Below are positions 59,901-64,000 of a stretch of DNA of 64,000 bases, one piece after another. Position numbers and translations under genes: made by a program. Within the stretch, counting starts at the first letter, position 1. Every line of letters begins with the position of its first letter. The notes under the pieces were generated by a model that was not told the DNA's origin, ran no database searches, and saw nothing but the letters and a program-made list of their open reading frames with translations. The stretch comes from Paraspadella gotoi (lineage: Eukaryota; Animalia; Chaetognatha), in assembly GCA_051294375.1 (NCBI GenBank), contig CM119264.1, forward strand, positions 31,128,135 through 31,192,134, given 5' to 3'.

Positions 59901-62119
59901 CCGAGACGATTTTCCAAATCGCGAGGAAGATCGTCATCGCCCAGATTCAAGTCATCACTTACAAGCATTGGTTGCCATTCGTCTTGAAGGATCCGCCCAA
60001 AGTCTCCAAGGGTCATTCGGAATACGAATGCGGAGTCGACGCGACGTTGAGTAACGAATTCTCTACGGCGGCTTTCAGGTGGAGATTTTGAGTTAGATTG
60101 ACTGAAATTGACTTAGGTTGACTTAATTTTTGTTGACTTGACTTAGATTGACTTAACTTTTGCTGACATGACTTGAATTTTGCCGACTTGATTTGGATTG
60201 ACTTGGATTGACTTGACTGAGATTGACTTGACTTAAACTGACATGACTTGAATTTTGCCGACTTAATTTGGATTGACTTGACCTAAATTACTTGATTTTT
60301 GTTGACTTGATTTGCAAAGAGACTTGGGTTGAATTGACTTTTGTTTACTTAACTTTAGTTGACTTGACTTGGATTGACTTGACTTAGATTAGCTTGACTT
60401 GAGTTGACTTGACATGGAAAAAGATTTAACTTACCTTGATTTAAAATTAATTAATTTGATCTTTGAAATAGTTTTTTTTTAATTTATTTTCTTTCCTCTT
60501 ATTTTTTCTATCTTATCTTTTTTTAACATTAAGTGATTTGACTTGACTTGTGACTTGCTTTATGGTTACCTCACCTACTTTGCTTTTAACTTGAAGCTTG
60601 TGAATTGACTCATCTTTAAGGGACTTAACTTACTTGAATACTAATAACTTGAATGGTGAATTAACTTTAACTTGATGTCATTTCAAATTATTCAACCTTT
60701 ATCTAAATCTATATTCTCTCCCCATCCAACTTTTCCCCTTAGATTCGCCCACGGCACCATCCCGTTTACTCTCTTCCTGCTGAAGGATGATCACGGTTCC
60801 CTCAAAGGACAAGAACGCAACTTGTCCACGATGTTCGAAGCCACCAAGTTGGCCGTCAGCGGACTGGACCCAATGATCCGCGGCCTGGTCTCCCAATCCG
60901 TCAAGAGGCCAAGTCCCCGCGACATGATGAACAGTGAAATCATCAACAAACTCTTCGGAACAGGGGATCTCGCCGCCCGCAACATCCAACGAGGTCGTGA
61001 CCATGGCCTTCAATCCTACGCAGCATACTTGAGGAAGTTCGGCTTCATCAAAGGTCAACTCAAGACCTTTCAACAATTGAAGCACATCATCACCGATGCC
61101 GACGTCTTGGCCAAGCTGAAGATGGTCTACAAGCATCCGGAGAACATCGATCTCTTCGTGGGCGGATTGGCGGAGAGGCGTCCGCCGAAGAGCGGCGCCA
61201 CTGGTCCTCTCTTTGACAGGATCATCAAGGATCAATTTGAGAGACTCATGAACGGAGATAGATTCTTCTTTACGCACAGAGGAGTCTTCAGTTCTAAACA
61301 ATTGGAGGCGCTGCACAAGGTATAGAGTTTAGGAAAAAAAAAACAAAAGACCATCGGGTAATATTTTAAAATGAGCATCTTTTTATTGATTGTCAATTTG
61401 AATCGGAATATTATTATCGTTTGAGAGAGAGTGACTCAGTGTGTGAGAGGGAGAAAGAGAGGGTGAGAAAGACAGAGATAGAGAGGGAAAGAGGAAAAGA
61501 AAGAGAGGGAGAGAGAGAGCGAGAAATAATGAAATGACAACCAAAAAGTGGACAATTAGGTTCAAAAATAGGATTTAGGATTTGGGAGGAAGGTTATGGA
61601 TTAAATGTTAATTATTAAAGTTATGGATTAAAGTAGAGAATTAGTATTAAAGACTTGGTTAGGGATTAGGGTTAATCATTAAGGTTAGATTAGAGATTTA
61701 GGTTCAAGTCACCTTCAAGAATTGAGAAACAAAACGGGGCGATTTTATAAAATAGCGCCTAATTCTGTAACCCAATTTCTTCCATTCAAGGTGACTTTGG
61801 CCCGCGTGATTTGCGAAACAACGACGGAGGCATCGACCGTCTTCCGGAGAATGTCTTCGAAAAAGTGGAACCGGCGACTTTCAAATGCTGCGCCGACATC
61901 CCGCCTCTCGACCTGACCGCTTGGCGATGCGGAGGCAGCGCCCCGACCCTGAGACCCTGGCCAAAGCATCCAACTCAGAAGCCAATGGATTTCGCCGCTC
62001 ATTGGCTTCTTTATCGAAAAGGAAGAAAAGGAATTGGGAAAAGAGAAATGAAAAAGAAGAGAGGGTCGAGGATTCATCATAGCGATAGCAAATGGTTGAA
62101 GGAAGCGTTGATGCCGTAA
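56935..62119 (+). CDS. Secreted animal heme peroxidase (peroxidase-cyclooxygenase superfamily; peroxinectin/chorion-peroxidase-like)
   Basis: Signal peptide MRLHLLTLTSLAALASFSSA. Exons 56935-57207, 57644-58278, 58533-58641, 59080-59166, 59771-60078, 60743-61319, 61791-62119. Motifs DGFCNN, WGQFLDHD (distal His), REQINEITAYID, GDGRANE, REHNRIA, AFRFAH (proximal His), NIQRGRDHG, IDLFVGG, GDRFF. One frameshift near 61816. A probable non-coding first exon ends at 56563 (aag|gtaagt). Confidence 0.95.
58613..58829 (+). repeat. 72-bp tandem repeat x3 spanning an exon end and donor site
   Basis: Units start at 58613, 58685 and 58757; translation (DKKDRRLLKV.I.LTFESDLI.QC)x3. Confidence 0.95.
59157..59581 (+). 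repeat. 68-bp tandem repeat x4 spanning an exon end and donor site
   Basis: agatgggacg|gtgagaaaaattgataattaacaatattattttatg.. at 59157, 59225, 59448 and 59516; unit 2 is interrupted by repeat family A. Confidence 0.9.
59293..59446 (-). mobile_element. Dispersed repeat family A, copy interrupting a 68-bp tandem repeat in a peroxidase intron
   Basis: Nearly identical reverse complement of 17245-17395. Confidence 0.8.
60090..60420 (+). repeat. Degenerate (TTGAC)n pentanucleotide tract
   Basis: ttgacttgacttagattgactt.. immediately after a donor site. Confidence 0.85.
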
Positions 62120-62744
62120 TGCTGTCAGCTGATGTCGTGAATAAAGTGTATGAAGCGACGATGTAGGAGACAGCTTGTTATAAACAACCAAGCACGGCTG
62201 TTGTCTAAGAAAAAGTTTTTACAAGTGGTTCTTAGTACTAGGGTATTAGCTGTTGTCAATCTATTCGTGTAAATTTTCTAAAAAAAAAAAAAGTTTTGCT
62301 TGTCAAAAAAATCTTATTATTGTTTTGTAATGTCATGCTAAACAACAGTATTGTGTTATTAAAAAAATGTATTGTGAATTTCGTTTTTGGGCGATTAAGG
62401 TTTTAAATTATGTTACATATTAATTATATTACGAAAAATAATGAAAATACATGTAAATACAATGGAACAAAGATTAGTTGTACAATTAAAATAAACAATA
62501 ATTTTTATTAAATGAGAAGTATAATTAAATTTTTAATGTTAACTTCCATTTGTGACTAATAATTAATTAATTCGTTACTGTTAATAAATTCGATCCGATC
62601 TTTTTTCCCTTTTTTTAGACGATAAAGATTGAAATTAATACTTATTAAAATATTAGAAGTAAACATTTTAGCCTACAAAGTCCTACCTTTTAATCTCTTT
62701 TTTTGTCGCTAGACTTTTGTTTTATTTTTGTTCTGGCGACAACG

Positions 62745-63131
62745 AGACTCAGTGGCAGATCAAAGTTTGGGCTGGGCGTCGTACGCGACCGGCGTCCTGG
62801 GTCATGTGTCGCTGGTTGCCTGCAATCAAAACCCTTTTCTCAAAACCATAAAAAAAAAGTACACTTCTTCTCTACTCTCTCTCTCTCCCTTTCTTTCTCC
62901 CTCCTCCTTCCTCTCTCTCTTTCTCCCTCTCTCTTCCTCTTTCCCTCTCCTCTCTCTCTCTTTCTCTCTCTCTTTCTTTTTCTCTTTCTCTCTTTCTCCC
63001 TCCTCCTTCTCTCTCCTCCTCTCTCTTCTCTCTCTCCTCTCCCTTTCTTCTCCCTCCTCTTCCTCTCTCTCTCTCTCTTTTCTCTCTTTCTCCTCCTCTT
63101 CCTCTCTCCTCTCCTCTCTCTCTCCTCTCCT

Positions 63132-63163
<32 letters not shown>

Positions 63164-63753
63164 TCATAGCCTTTCTCCCCCCTCTCTCACTCTCTCACTA
63201 TCTCACTTTCACTGTGTCCCTCTTTCTTTTTCTTTATCTCATCTAAAATATTCATCTCAAACTTAAATTCGTTTAGGAATTTAAAAAACAAATGTTTTGT
63301 TTCGATAGTCGGTCAGTCAGTCTCTCACTACCCCGTTGTTTTTATTCCCATAATTTTCCATTTTTTTCTTCCACTTATCAGATAATCATTTAATTAAATA
63401 CCAATTAATTCCTTTTTTCTTCGCTTTTCATTCACTAATGAGGAATTTCGACCTTTTTTCATTGTCTCTGTACAACCCGCATTGATTCAAGTCACGTGAC
63501 CTGGCATTCAAAAAAACGGCTGAGTATATTTTTTGTACATACAATTTAACCTGATGGCAATCATGATAAGCTCAATGATATTGTCATACATTATAAACAT
63601 TTCATTACAAATTGACTTAAAGAAATGTATTGTAAACAAAATTCCACTAATATTTTATTTTCCTTTTCATGAATTACTTATCTTAATTTTTGCCAAAGAC
63701 GTCGGCGACTTCAAAGGTTCCTTCGGCAACGATCTTCAACCATCTCAACGACT
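62745..63753 (-). other. Possible 3' exons of a gene entering from beyond the window end
   Basis: GC-richer blocks following minus-strand CAG acceptors at about 63753, 63500 and 62819; no recognisable protein. Confidence 0.25.
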
Positions 63754-63756
63754 GGA

Positions 63757-63812
63757 GCCAAAGCCAAAGCCAAAGCCAAAGCCAAAGCCAAAGCCAAAGC
63801 CAAAGCCAAAGC
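63757..63812 (+). repeat. (GCCAAA)n hexanucleotide repeat
   Basis: About 9 perfect copies. Confidence 0.97.
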
Positions 63813-64000
63813 TTCTTTAAGCATATCACCACAAAACCCTCGTCACTTACTTTGAAGCAAAATTGAAATCAATACTGTTTCTGATTTTGTCAATACTGTT
63901 TTTGGTATTAATAAAAAAAATCAGTGTCTTTTATTAATACCATTACTGATACCGTTCCAGTCTTTTTACGCTGTTATTGATAACGTTAGTTACTGTTTTT

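Overview
Eukaryotic (invertebrate, probably ecdysozoan-type) genomic scaffold with short exons and microsatellite-packed introns. It holds four recognisable genes: (1) an E75/Rev-erb (NR1D) nuclear receptor on + from 182 to about 41.9 kb; (2) a Slingshot phosphatase on - (about 4.5-9.7 kb) in error-rich sequence; (3) a two-domain phosphagen (arginine/creatine) kinase-like gene on - (42.8-53.8 kb) whose catalytic motifs are degenerate; (4) a secreted animal heme peroxidase on + (56.9-62.1 kb). Much of the first 33 kb looks like long-read gap-filling artefact. Segment 1662-10340 is inverted, re-duplicates the receptor's first exons and splits one receptor exon in two. Segment 13.4-21.2 kb is repeated in tandem as an indel-ridden copy that carries an extra Tc1-like transposon. 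The most interesting biological signals are the tandem pseudo-kinase, clusters of nuclear-receptor response elements inside the E75 gene, and tandem repeats seeded on splice junctions. All calls come from manual reading and motif recall; no database search was run.
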